The notes under the pieces are model-generated. The model saw only the letters and a program-made list of their open reading frames with translations. It ran no database searches and was not told the DNA's origin. From assembly GCF_006345805.1 (NCBI RefSeq), contig NC_043009.1, positions 28,334,001 to 28,398,000 on the forward strand: a DNA stretch of 64,000 bases. Direction: 5' to 3'. Position 1 is the stretch's first letter, and every line of letters starts with the position of its first letter. The stretch comes from Octopus sinensis (Eukaryota). A program made the translations under genes and the position numbers. Positions 40,646 through 53,719 of this stretch are shown one piece after another.

Positions 40646-41514
40646 TCAAGAAATATATAAATAAAGTTTTTCTTAATGACACATTAAGATTCATTTATAA
40701 ATAATAGATTTTGATATGTTTGTTTGTTTCTGTACGTTTTTGTGTTCATTATAGCAAATGTTAACTTTATCTTTCATCCTTTTGGTGTTGATAAAATTGA
40801 ATATCAGTGAAGGGCTGTGGATCTGCTGTTTTATTAGAATGTCAGATGTGATCATTTGTGATATCTGTTCCAGCTTTTTGCACTTTGAATTAAAATTTTC
40901 CCTGCTATCAGTGGTTGCCTTATAGTGAGAAATACGTCCTCCAGGACCCAGTTAATGATGATAAGCCTTCATTATCTGATGGAACAACACTTCAATAGAA
41001 GCAACATCATGTTGCATCAATACAAATGAGTGGACCTAACAGAAACCACGATAAATGAAGGGACACAAAAAATATGTTCTTTATAGTCCTCAATAATATT
41101 TTGAAGTGTTCCATAATTAATCAGGTTCAATAATAAAAGACTATCTAAAACAATAGATCAGGGTTGATTGGCATCAATATTGGCCTTTCTCAGTTCTAGG
41201 TGGTTCATTTGCAGTATCCTAAAAGTGGCAAACAAAGTAACAAGTAGTATTTATTCCAGCACTTAGGATTCTTAGTTCAAATCATTACCAAGACCAGCTT
41301 TAAATTTAATCTTCTGGGGAAGAGAAAATAAGTAAAAAAAATTAATTACTAGAATCAATTTTTCTAACTGTTCTCTCTATCATTCTTTCTCTTGCATTCT
41401 TTCTCCCTCACTCTCATTTTCTATCTCTGTATATATTGTTTTGTTTTGTTTTGTTTTGTTTTTCCAGTTTCAGCTCTTGAGCTGTGGCCATGCTGGGGCA
41501 CCGCCATATATATA

Positions 41515-41573
<59 letters not shown>

Positions 41574-41574
<1 letters not shown>

Positions 41575-42929
41575 GAGATGTACTTCCATAGCAAGTGACC
41601 TGATCTGAGATTGTGTGCTGGAATGAAAACATACAAAACCATTAGATTTACTTCAACATTTAAATTTAATCTGCCAAAATATTTTCGTCGCTTTGAGACC
41701 ACGACCAGTTCACTGACAAAATTCCATGCTTGCATCTGTGAAAGTAACAGATAGTTCATGATATATATGTACGTATGTATGTGTGTATGTATGTATGTAT
41801 GTATGTACGTATGTATGTGTGTGTACATGTGTGTGCATATGCATATGTCTACATGTATATATATTACTGTATGTATGTGTATATATATATATATGCACAC
41901 ATACACACAGAATAATCCCTTGCCATATTCTGGTTTACCTACTACGGTTTATTATTTAAGCTAATGTCGATTCTTCCATGGTGTTGTTTTGCAATTATAA
42001 TAAAATAAATATATACATATGTATATCTATATATATATATATACATACATACATATATATATAATGATTCACAATGAAGGTGCAGAAATGGCATATTACG
42101 AATGAAGAAGGTAATGTAATCTGATGGTAGAAAGAATTCCATGAATTAAGTACTCCAAAGTCAAGCAGAAGGCCGGGGGTCTCCGTGAGCATGCGGTAAA
42201 TAGTAAATCCAAACAAACGAAGAACAAACACAAAAAACAACAACGCGAGGACATGGCACATGTAAAGCATTAACAAGTGCCCAGGGAAAGAAAGAAAGAA
42301 AAGTGGTTTAACGTTTCGAGTAATGCTCTTCTTCAGAAACAAAGGAGAGTCTAATAGAAAAGGAAAATGGAGGAAAAAAAATTGCCAACGATTCACATGT
42401 GGTTATATTTTGAAATGACCAGAAGGGAATGGGTGAAGAAATGTTCTTTCTAAGACAGGAGAGTGTAAGAGAAGGACGTATATGTGGGTATGTGCTTGCG
42501 CACAAGTGTGTGTGGGTGTATATGTGTGTGTAGTGTTGGCTGTTTATGTGTACGTGTGAGTGAACTTTGTGTCTCTTAATGTTGTAAAGACACAGTATTT
42601 TGTTTGCAATTAATATTTACCTGCTAGTTCCTCTTCCCAGTAAGTTTTATCTATCTATATATAATATGTATTCGTCGCTTTAAGGCCGTGACCTGTTCAC
42701 TGACAAAAATCCATGCTGCATCCGAGATGCAGCACGGATTTTTGTCAGTGAACAGGTCGCGGTCTTAAAGCGCCGAAAATATTTTGACAAATTAAACTTA
42801 AATGTTGAAGTGAATGGAATGGCTTTTGTGTGTTTCTTAAATGGCTTTCAAACACCTTCCATGCTGCAATTGTTTTCGTTTCAGCACGCGATCTCAGATC
42901 AAATCACTTGCTATGCAAGTACATCTCTA
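41574..42929. repeat. Inverted pair of repeat family E (41574-41736 and 42726-42929)
   Basis: GAGATGTACTT.CATAGCAAGTGA...TTCACTGACAAAA.TCC.TGC, present on opposite strands about 1 kb apart. Confidence 0.85.
42170..42480 (-). mobile_element. Hammerhead-bearing repeat family H2 with a canonical core
   Basis: Minus strand 42340->42306: GTTT-CTGAAGA-A-GAG(CATTA)CTC-GAAAC-GTT-AAAC. Confidence 0.7.
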
Positions 42930-42931
42930 TA

Positions 42932-42985
<54 letters not shown>

Positions 42986-43029
42986 ATACACATTATATAT
43001 ATATATATACATATATACATATATATATT

Positions 43030-43437
43030 TTATTCTTTTACTTGTTTCAATCATTTGACTGCTGCCATTCTGGAGCACTGCCTTTAGTCAAATAAAATAA
43101 CCCCAGGACTTATCCTTTGTAAGCCTAGTACTTATTCTATCGGCCTCTATTACTGAACTGCTAAACACACCAGCATCAGTTGTCAAGTGATGGTGGGGGA
43201 GGGGGGACAAGCACAAACACACAAACACACACACACCCACACACATAAACACTCACACACATATATATATATATATACGATGGCTTCTTTCAGTTTCCGT
43301 CTACCAAATCCACTCACAAGGCTTTGGTCGGCCGAAGGTTATAGTAGAAGACACTTACCCAAGGTGCCATGCAGTGGGACTGAACCCGGAACTATGTAGT
43401 TGGTAAGCAAGCTTCTTACCACACAGACACTCCTGCG
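43030..43437 (-). mobile_element. SINE family A, full length
   Basis: Reverse complement of family A. Confidence 0.88.
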
Positions 43438-43860
43438 TGTGTGTATAGATATAAATACATTTTATATTTCATATCTAAGTTGTTATATTCAATTTATTTA
43501 TCTGTATAATTGCTTCCATATCGGCTCACCTGGATTCCTCTTAAAGCCATTCTCTATCTCACAGAATTGGTCCCTTGTATAGACATCAGAGTCTAAGTTT
43601 GTACCATTTGAGCACTAATAAGTGTTTTTTCTTCCAAGAGCGTCTGGACCTCATCTCTTCACTACACAAATTATACAAAATACAAAAGACAAAGACAGAC
43701 CAGTGAAGGAACAAGAAGCAGGGTGTATTAGTTTGTGCTCAGAAAAAACAGAAGGAGTCTGTGGCATTTCAAGCCTACGCTTTTCTATGGAAAGGAATGA
43801 GGGGAGAAAACAGAGGGAGAGAGCAAAATTAAATGGAGAGAAAAAGGCAATATGTGTATA

Positions 43861-43892
<32 letters not shown>

Positions 43893-44367
43893 GGGGGGGG
43901 GTGCATGTTTACAAATGTATGTCTTTGAGTCTGTGATTGTTTCCCCCACACTGTTTGACAACTGGTGTTAATTTGTTTATGCCTCTGTAAATGTAACTTA
44001 GCATTTTGGCTAAAAGAGCTTGCTAGAATAAATAACAGAATTAATAAAAATACAACTTCTGGGGTTGATTTGTTCCATTACAAACTCTTTAAGGCAGTGC
44101 TCCAGCATGGCTGATTTCCAATGATTGAAACAAATAACCAAATAAAAGAAAATACTGCCCATATGTTTGTCTAACGAATGTACAATGCCAATGTATTTGG
44201 GTCTACGATGAGAAGTAAATGCTAAAATATCTCTTGAATTCTTTCCAAAAGCTAAGTTAAATCAAAACTGATATTTTTCTGAAGGACAAAATATGAAAAA
44301 TGCAATTCAGAATTTTATCACACAAATTACTAAAAGTTTTATTTCAAATTAATATAAAAAATGACAA

Positions 44368-44380
44368 TGTCAGCAGCAGT

Positions 44381-44416
<36 letters not shown>

Positions 44417-44507
44417 AGCAGTAGCAACAGCAAGATCTGCAGCTCCATCTAGATCAAACAAAATGCTATCAACAATAAAAGCTTCCCACCCTGACCAAGA
44501 CATAATA

Positions 44508-44542
<35 letters not shown>

Positions 44543-44815
44543 ATTTGTGGTGATGGTGATGATGATAATGGTGGTGGTAATGATGATGATAATGATGACG
44601 ATGATGATGAAGATGACAAAGATGATTATGAGAAAGATGATGAGGACAATGATGATAATGACGACATTGATGATGATGATGATGATGATGATGACGATGA
44701 CGGTGATAGTGAAGATGACCACAATGACGATGATGATGACAACGATGATGATGACGATGTTGATGATGATGAGGAGGGGGAGAAGGAGGAGGAGGAAGAG
44801 GATAACTGATAATGG
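44368..44815. repeat. (CAG)n plus (GAT)n/(GAG)n cryptic triplet repeats
   Basis: Direct reading; source of the poly-M/H/I/S ORFs. Confidence 0.9.
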
Positions 44816-45849
44816 CAATAATTATAAATAAACAAATAAAGTCAGAAAAAAGCAATTTTCTTTTTCCCCATCCACCAAATCTATTTATATTTTCAAATCA
44901 AAAACAAAAAAAAAAACAAAAAAGAAGGAAATTATTTAAACTAATGACAATAAAATACTTTTAAATCATATATTTTATTTATTATTTGATTTTGTTTTGT
45001 TTTTTTACCAAATATATTTCTCTATAAATATTTCTTCAACCTACCATTGCTAGAAAACTTTGATTCCTTTCATTAAAGTTATATTCCTTCTTCATGTCGT
45101 GGGTGATTTTTAAAAATTATTTTTATTATCTTTTTACCAATGAAATTAAATAATTAAAAAAGTTCCTTTAATTTATTATCACTTTGTTTTAGTATGATTT
45201 TTTTTTCTTTTCTTTTATATTCCAATTAATATTCATGTCACTTTTATTTAATAATTAAATTTCTGTCATTATCGAAACTACTGCACTTAAAAGACACTTC
45301 CACTTTCACTGTGATTTATGAATTTATTCATCAATGGAATACTACCTAAATTGGTAATACCATCTTCTTAATTTATCTCTGTGTTTCTCTCTAAATTGTG
45401 GCACATTCTTCTCCAATCGATATGAAAGATTTGAAATGAAAAAGACGAAGTGCGTAAAGTAAATTAGAAAGAACGAAATTAAAAAATGAAAAAAATTAAC
45501 AACACAAAATACAAAGCAACAATAATAAAGGCAAGAACTACCCCATCTCAACTCCACCCCAGTAAATGTTATTTAATTATAGAATTTGGAATTGGTAAAT
45601 TCTTTATTTGTGCTTTCTCATCAAAGACAATAAATGGATTTATAAATGATCTTATTATTTAAAATATTCAGTAGAAATTTTCATGGTGGAAACATGTGTA
45701 AATTATGTGTGTGTGTGTGTGTGCGTGTGTGTGTGTGTGCGCGTGCATATGTTTGTGTGTGTGTATGTATGTATGTATGTGTATATGTATGCATGCATAT
45801 AAATATATACATATATACACACATGTCTATCTATTTATTTGTCTATCTA

Positions 45850-45924
<75 letters not shown>

Positions 45925-46017
45925 CGTGTGTGCCTGTATTTGTCCTCCCACTACCAATTCACAACCAGTGTTGTGTGCTTACATTCCTGTAACTTAGCAG
46001 TGATAGTCAAGGGATTA

Positions 46018-46066
<49 letters not shown>

Positions 46067-46809
46067 TATATATATGTGTGTGTGTATGTGTATATGTATA
46101 TATATATATATATACATACAAATATATACATATATTATATATATATATATATATATACACATATATATTTGTATATACACATACATATATATTACCTTAA
46201 ACATTTAAATATTAAATGTATATCTTATATATTGGCACCATTCCACTCTATTTATACAGTCAAATTATTAGTCCCGTACCTTGTCTATGCTGTCACTTTT
46301 GCTCCAATTCAGAGAATATATTTCATATTAGAAAAAATGAAATATATTTTGGAAAATAAAGGTCATCGTATTCCTTGTTAATGTAAATATAAATATTGTT
46401 TAAAGGAGAGAGGTCTGCTGTAAAACTGTGACACCAGAGATATTGTTTTATATTTCCTGTTGAATGAAAAGGTTATTTTAGGAATTCCAAGCATTAGTTA
46501 TCTCAATTAAGCCAATTTCTAACATTTGGAATATAAAACAAACATCCCGTAATTTACAGTAACATTTAAAACCATTAATATCTTAGTTTATTTATATAAT
46601 TTGATGCATGTATACAAACATACATGCAAGCTTATATATTTGTGTATGTTTTTATGTCTATCCAGTCATCTGTCTGTCTGTCTGTCTGTCTGTAATGATC
46701 CAATTTGTTGAGGATGATAATACTGTTATGACTGGGGGGGTCGTATAGTGCCGGATAGAGCCATTCTATCGATGACTTTGGAATATACCAATATGTGTCA
46801 GAGTGACAA

Positions 46810-47206
46810 CCGTCATTAAAAGACAGATTCAACAGTAGCAAAAGACTGCTTTACAACACTATATTTGTCTGTCTGTCATTCTTTCCCACTTTCTATGTCT
46901 TTATCTATCTATCTATCTATCTATCTCTATCTACTTATTTATTTGTCCATCTGTCCATCCATCCGTCATTAAAAGACAGATTCAACAGTAGCAAAAGACT
47001 GCTTTACAACACTATATTTGTCTGTCTGTCATTCTTTCCCACTTTCTATGTCTTTATCTATCTATCTATCTATCTATCTCTATCTACTTATTTATTTGTC
47101 CATCTGTCCATCCATCCGTCATTAAAAGACAGATTCAACAGTAGCAAAAGACTGCTTTACAACACTATATTTGTCTGTCTGTCACTCTTTCCCACTTTCT
47201 ATGTCT

Positions 47207-47272
<66 letters not shown>

Positions 47273-47310
47273 CTATCTACTTATTTATTTGTCCATCTGT
47301 CCATCCATCC
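46810..47310. repeat. Near-identical 153-bp tandem triplication
   Basis: Units start at 46810, 46963 and 47116 (CCGTCATTAAAAGACAGATTC...). Confidence 0.95.
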
Positions 47311-47457
47311 GTCCATCTGCACACACACGTGTGTGTGTGTGTCTATATACTCAAGAAGTTTGGTTGCTAGCCTTGTACCAGCTCAGGAAGGAAGTTTGCT
47401 TAGGGGATGCAAACCCATGTCCCAAAATTTTTTACAAACAAGGACTCATTATTTTTT

Positions 47458-47730
47458 TATAACCTCCACCTTAGCGAAGGTGGAGGTATTGTTTACAGTC
47501 ATGTTTTTTTGTTTGTTTTTCTGTGAACAAGATCTCTCAAGAACCGCTGGATGGATTCAGATGAAACTTTCAGATATGTTTGGCCTTATGACTGATACAA
47601 ACTGATTAGATTTTGGGATTGATCTGGTGCTGAACAAGGATTTTGGATTATTTTTCCTGTTTTTTTTGCTTAATTTTTGTGAGCAGTTGGGTTCATTTTT
47701 AGTATTCTCATTTGTGAGAATAGTTGAGTT
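47458..47730 (+). mobile_element. Helentron-associated non-autonomous element (HINE-like)
   Basis: Terminal hairpin ACCTCCACCTT-AGCG-AAGGTGGAGGT (47462-47487), then GTTTGTTT, GGATGGATTCAGATGAAACTTTCAG and TGATTAGATTTTGG; a second hairpin TATTCTCA/TGAGAATA lies near 47706-47725. Confidence 0.65.
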
Positions 47731-47775
47731 TGACGGTTAGTAAGGAGAGACACAAATAAGAAAGAAGAAAACAAA

Positions 47776-47820
47776 GGACCACTGATGCAGTCACAGGAGT
47801 GTGACGAAAGAACTCTGGCC
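47776..47820 (+). ncRNA. Near-intact minimal type I hammerhead ribozyme motif
   Basis: GGACCA-CTGATGCA-GTCAC(AGGAGT)GTGAC-GAAAGAACTC-TGGCC: perfect 5-bp stem II, 2-bp stem III, CUC site, stem I CCA/TGG plus one further pair. Confidence 0.6.
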
Positions 47821-48010
47821 GAAATAAGATTAAGATTAATGTAAAAAATAAATAACAATGAAGCAAAATAACACCAAATATATAGTGCGTGTGTTTTTAT
47901 TGGCTAAACTGGCAAAATAACCATTCCGAAATATAACAATATCTGTTTCAACACACGATTTCACATAAAAAATCTTGCACAACAAATATTTAAACGTATA
48001 TATATATATA

Positions 48011-48044
<34 letters not shown>

Positions 48045-48048
<4 letters not shown>

Positions 48049-48575
48049 CGTGCTGGTGTAAAAAGCAACATCCGAATGTGACTGATGCCAGCACCAACTT
48101 GACTGGTGTCCATGCCGATGGCACGTAAAAATGAACCGACTAATTGTGGCCATTGCCAGACTTCTTTGGCCCCTGTGCCGGTGGTACGTAAAACGCACCC
48201 ACTACACTCACGGAGTGGTTGGCATTAAGAAGGGCATCCTGCTGTAGAAACACTGCCAGTTCAGACTGAACCTGGTGCAGCTTCCTGGCTTCCCAGACCC
48301 TGGTCAAACCGTCAAACTCATGCTAACATGGAAACCGGATGTTAAACGATAATGATGATGATGACGTTTATGTGTCTGTGTATCTGTATTTGTCCTCTCA
48401 TCATTGCTTGACAATTGATGTCGGTGTATTTATGTGCCCATAACTTAGTGGTTTGGCAAAGAGACTGATAGAATGAGTGCTAGGCTTACAAAGAATTAGT
48501 CGCGGGGTCAATTTGTTTGAACAAAGGCAGTGCTCCAGCATGGCTGCAGCCAAATGGCTGAATCAAGTAAAAGAA
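48045..48575 (+). mobile_element. Family C element followed by the 3' half of SINE A
   Basis: GGTTGGCATTAAGAAGGGCATCC...GTTAAACGAT(AAT/GAT)n, then the SINE A body and tail. Confidence 0.8.
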
Positions 48576-48819
48576 TAATAGGAATGTCATTTATGAAGAT
48601 TTCATTTCTCTTAATTGGATACTGCTTTACCAATGGCATTTTGTTTGCAGTGCCACATGGCCCATTGTCACAGGTGAGGCTGTGTAACTATCAAAGTCTG
48701 CTTAAAACCATTAGGAACATTATTTTTATATTCATCTTGAGCTCTGTGACTCAAAGGGTTAGTTATCTGCTTTCCATAGTGTATATTTCTCTTGAACAGA
48801 ATGCTGTTCTGTTGCAGAA

Positions 48820-49010
48820 TTCAAGGTCATCAGTTTTGAGAGGAGGGGCACCAGTCAATTACATCAATTTGTTTTTTTTTATTTTATTGACCCTAAAGAA
48901 ATGAAAGGCAATGTTGACCTCGGTGGGATTTGAACTCACATCATAAAATCTGGAAAAAATACTAAGAATTTTGTCCAACATGCTGATGACTCTGCCAGTT
49001 CACTGCCATC
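48820..49010 (-). mobile_element. SINE family B
   Basis: GAAAGGCAATGTTGACCTCGGTGGGATTTGAACTC. Confidence 0.7.
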
Positions 49011-50441
49011 ATTTGGAAAACAGATGAAGTGAAATTACCTCAACCGGGAATGAAACCAGGTCAGAGACTCAGTTGACCAGGAACTTGGTTTCCAGTCACT
49101 TAGTCACTGTGAACTCTATTTCTTGGTATTGACATCTTTCCTTGGTATATTATCTTTAATTTATCTTTAAAAATCCATCAAAGAAATGTAATTTAATTCC
49201 AACTTTGATCATATTCAGACTCAGAAACCGAAAGCTCTTGAAATTCCTGATCAGATATCCAATTACATTTATGCACTTGCTTCTAATCTCACACCCAATT
49301 TCCATGTCACTAAGATTATTACATGAATGCTGGAATGAATCAAAAATTTCAAAGAAGGACAGAGTAGAAGAATAAAATAAATAAATATATTAATAAATAA
49401 ATAAATGATTTCCCATTTCACAAATAGGGAAAAATTAGGCGTGAATTAGTTTGAAGGAAACTTGTTATTTTATTTCTAAACAGAATTGTCATAAGTTGTT
49501 TTGTTTTGGTTATGAAATATTAGAAAACAAAGGAATTTGAGGTGTTTAGCTTATGGCTTGGACAATAACTTATTTAACTGGCATTATTTAGATTGTATTA
49601 AACTTCTGTAAAAAAGTAATTTAGATTTTGTTGTTTTTTTATTATCACTTTATTGAAATCATATTGGTATAACGAATCACAAAATCATTCGTTGATTATC
49701 TGTAATCTTTCTGTGATCAACTTCAGATGAAATTTTCTGAGAAAATATTTTTAAAAAAGGGGAATAATTAAGAAAAGGAAATTAACAATTAGAATTTTAC
49801 AAACAAAAAAAAAAAAATACATAAAAAAATATTAATAATAAATTATAATGATAATAATAAATAAATAATTAAAAATAATAATGCAAGAACACAATTTCAA
49901 AGTAAAGTTGGAACAAATACCGAATTACTGAAATCTTTGAATGCTATTTATTAAGTAATCTTAATCAGAAATGAAATTTTCATTTCCAACAAAATTGAGA
50001 TTTGAAAAATAAAATAAATTAAGATAAAATAAAATACAATAAAATATAAACAATAAAGAAATAGACAAAAATAGTGTTATGCAGTTAGAGTAATCAGAAA
50101 GAACTGGAAGAAATAGTGAGAAAAATATTAAATAATGTATTTTTAATTTTCTTAGAATTCAAAAGTAATTTTTATAAACCTTTTTTGCATTTATATTTAC
50201 ATGTTCTTTGATTAGTATTGTATTTTTTATTACTTTTTTTCTAAAATTGTATCGTAGTATAATTTTTAATTTTATCTTCAATATTTTCCAAATTTGGAAA
50301 AAAGAAACAAGGATCTTCGTTACCATTATTAACAGGAATACTAGTAACAGAAGCAAATATTTGCTAAGCTGATTTTCTTTATTTATTTATTGTTTTTGTT
50401 ACTGCATTCTATAATCGATTTTGTGTGCATGTGTGTATAAG

Positions 50442-50486
<45 letters not shown>

Positions 50487-50843
50487 TGTTCGCTTGAAGT
50501 ATATAAAAAGTCTGTAAACAGAAACTAATTGTGAATTGTGAGTCTAATCCCATCTGCCCCTAAAAAGTTTTTTGTGTGAAATTTGAAATATTTTGATGTG
50601 ACGAAAATATAGATTTACATACACACACATGAACCCTTCTCTATATTTATGAAGACATACAAATACATAAATATGTGAGTACATTACATACATACATATA
50701 TATGTATATATGTATACACAGACCTGCTCACATACATATATATATGTGTGTGTATACATATATATACATATATATGCATTTTGTGTACAAAATAAATTGA
50801 TGCATATACATTTATACTCATAAATAAACATATAAAACACACA

Positions 50844-50875
<32 letters not shown>

Positions 50876-51354
50876 TACACACACACATATATTTTCTAAA
50901 CAATGTGAAACTGAAAATATACATGTGTGTGTATGTGTGTGAGAGAGTGAGAGAGTGTGTGTGTGTGAATTGGTCTCAAGATGAACAAATAAATATACAT
51001 GTATATAGCCCTATACATATACTTGAACACAAACACATATGCTTATATTCATACACACTCATAAATTTACTCACACACATTGATACAAACACAAGCACCT
51101 GCTCTCCAATAAATATTTTGTAACTTTTGAGTGTCTTTTTACTTGTTAAAAATAAAATATAGAAATTTATTTTTTTTCTGTTTTGTTTAATTTTTAATCG
51201 TTTAATGTTTTATATCAATCTTCTTATTTGCAGATTAAAATAAATCGTCTTAGCAGATGGAACTATTATTGGTATGCCTGTGAGAGATAATTTGCTATAG
51301 GATATGTGTTGTCACTAAAGGTAGGCATAATTTTACTGTTGATAATAACTCATC

Positions 51355-51980
51355 TCAGACAGCAAGCTAGCAGGATCGTCAGCTCTCTGGGCAAAATACT
51401 TGGTGGTATCTCATTTGTGTTTACATTTTAATTTTTGTTTTGTTCTTTCAGGGTCGATAAAAAAAGTACCAGTTGAGTACTGGGGGTTAGTGCAATTGAC
51501 TCACACCCTCTTCTGAAATTGTTGGTCATCTGTCAAAATTTGAAACCAGCAATAATTCAATTTGTTTAGTTTCAAGGCTGGTTGTTTAACTGGGATTCTG
51601 GGTCTTTGGTTAAGGGTAAAACAATGTATATTTTGTCAATGGTCAACTGCTAGTGACTGAAAATTTCTAGAAGCCAAACAGAAAGAAACCTTATTGGATG
51701 ATGGGCCAATTTTAAGGGCACATGGGTTTCAGTGCTATAGTAAGCAAGTGGGCCACCACTTTCATTGTAATTTATAATGAAATTATATTATTTATGGGTG
51801 GGTTAAGATGGTGAGCTGGCAGAATTGGTAGCATGCTGGCCAAAATACTTAGTAGTGTTTTGTCTGTCCTTATGTTCTGAGTTCAGATTCCACCAAGGGC
51901 GACTTTGCCTCTCATCCTTTTGGGATCAATAATTTAAGTACCAAAATTTCAGGTCTTGTGCCTATAGTAGAAAGGATTCT
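51355..51980 (+). mobile_element. Two SINE family B copies (about 51355-51550 and 51805-51980)
   Basis: GAGCTGGCAGAAT...GTTCTGAGTTCA...GACTTTGCC. Confidence 0.75.
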
Positions 51981-52827
51981 TTAGGGGTGGGTTCTTGTAC
52001 CTCCTTGAAGTTCTTTCTACATTTCTTAGCCCATGCTTGACAAAAAGTGTCCTTTACCCATGTGACCTCACAATTAAAACATTAAGGGCACATTCAAAAA
52101 ATATCAATTTTCATAAGAAATAGTTAAAGGTTCAACAAAATATTTCTCACCTGGCTTACAATGATAGTAACCCTAAACAAAGCACAGTGTGAGCATATCA
52201 ACAGACGAATTCCATAAACATGAGACATGTATAATCAGTGATGGACTGGGTCTAAAAATATTGGTTGCCAGGACATTAAGGAGGCCCACCCACAACTACA
52301 ATGCTAACATTTAATTTTCCTTTTTGCTTTTTTGTTAAATAGTATTCTTTTCAACTGTGACATTTAAAACTGGTTAAATTGAAAACCCATAATGCTTTTG
52401 ATTTGATGAAAGTGCTGCGATCATGGCTTTCACTTTCACTTTTGTAGTTGCATTTACTTTTAATGATATTAAAAAAAAACATGTTTTCAAAGTTATGTCA
52501 AGCTCCAGACATGGGTCTGCATTGGATTTAGCCAAATCTATCCTTAGAAATGGTGACAATACCAGAAATGTTGTAAAATAGACATTTGAATTTGTGAAAA
52601 ATCTTGACATAACAGAACAAAATGGATTTCATTTTTGAAATTACAAGGAAGCATGTCTCCAACAGCAGACAACAAAAGCCATGTTTCCCAGTGTAGTGTC
52701 ACTGATTAGACAAAGACGACATGATGGTCATGTTTGGAATGCATATCGTTCTAGCTGTATTTAATCACGGGAGACCTGGGGCTAAACAGCAACACACACA
52801 CATACATATGCCACTTAGACATGCATA

Positions 52828-53052
52828 AGGTGGCGAGCTGGCAGAATTGTTAGCATGTCGGGTGAAATGCTCAGCAGTATTTTGTCTGTCGTTACGTTCT
52901 GAGTTCAAATTCTGTCGAGGTCAACTTTGCCTTTCATTCTTTTGGGGGTCGATTAAATAAGTACCAGTCACGCACTGGGGTCAAAGTAATCGACTTTAAT
53001 CCCTTTGTTTTTCCATTCTGTGTTTAGCCCCCTGTGAGCTATAAAGAAATAT
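52828..53052 (+). mobile_element. SINE family B, full length
   Basis: Head GGTGGCGAGCTGGCAGAATTGTTAGC, B box GAGTTCAAATTC, conserved block GAGGTCAACTTTGCCTTTCATTC...GGGGTCGATTAAATAAGTACCAG (resembles the Meta domain of MetaSINEs; from memory), and tail AATAAAGAAATA-like. Confidence 0.85.
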
Positions 53053-53616
53053 ATACCACTAAAGACATGTACTATAAGGAAGAGACATATACAGCACTAG
53101 CAAATACTCAGTCAGGGCTGACCTGGGGTTAAAAACACACACACATCCATATACCACTTACGCACACATCACATGAATACAGGATAGACAACAGCATCAA
53201 CATACATACACACATATATACACTTCTTAAACATGCACTGTCTGTGCATGTGCTCAAATAATGACTTTACAGGCAAAGTACGAGTATCAATCGTTATTAA
53301 TTATCGACCAATAACAGTATCAAGTTTAAAGCAGATAAAACCTAACTGACCAATCAGCTTTAATTTCGTGTTATGGTTTGTGACAACGGAAATTGTTTTG
53401 CATGTAAAGTGAGTCTTGATGCTTATCAGAACCATGTGACTGTGGTCACGGAATATTTGGTAGTGTTTTATTAACAGAAGTAAACTGGTCATAAGTCATT
53501 GTAGAATAAGGATGTGACAAAACAATAAGTGTATATATGCTGTGTGTGTGTGTGTGCTTTTGTGTGTGTATGTATATATGTATATATATATATGTATATA
53601 TATATATACCATATAT

Positions 53617-53654
<38 letters not shown>

Positions 53655-53688
53655 TATATTGTATGTATGTATGTATGTATGTATGTGA

Positions 53689-53716
<28 letters not shown>

Positions 53717-53719
<3 letters not shown>

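Noticed and set aside
45342-45420. EKNVPQFREKHRDKLRRWYYQF as an exon on the minus strand
   Set aside because: Needs a rare GAG acceptor and a weak GTAGTA donor; no recognisable homology.
46755-46805. CGATGA-CTTTGG..CCAA...GTGTC hammerhead-like word
   Set aside because: GAAA is missing and the core is misaligned.
52400-52790. Stop-interrupted reading frame ending LIRQRRHDGHVW, as a LINE ORF2 end
   Set aside because: Only a vague resemblance to the RRLRWFGHV motif, and the match overlaps a common repeat tail (also at about 33535-33640).
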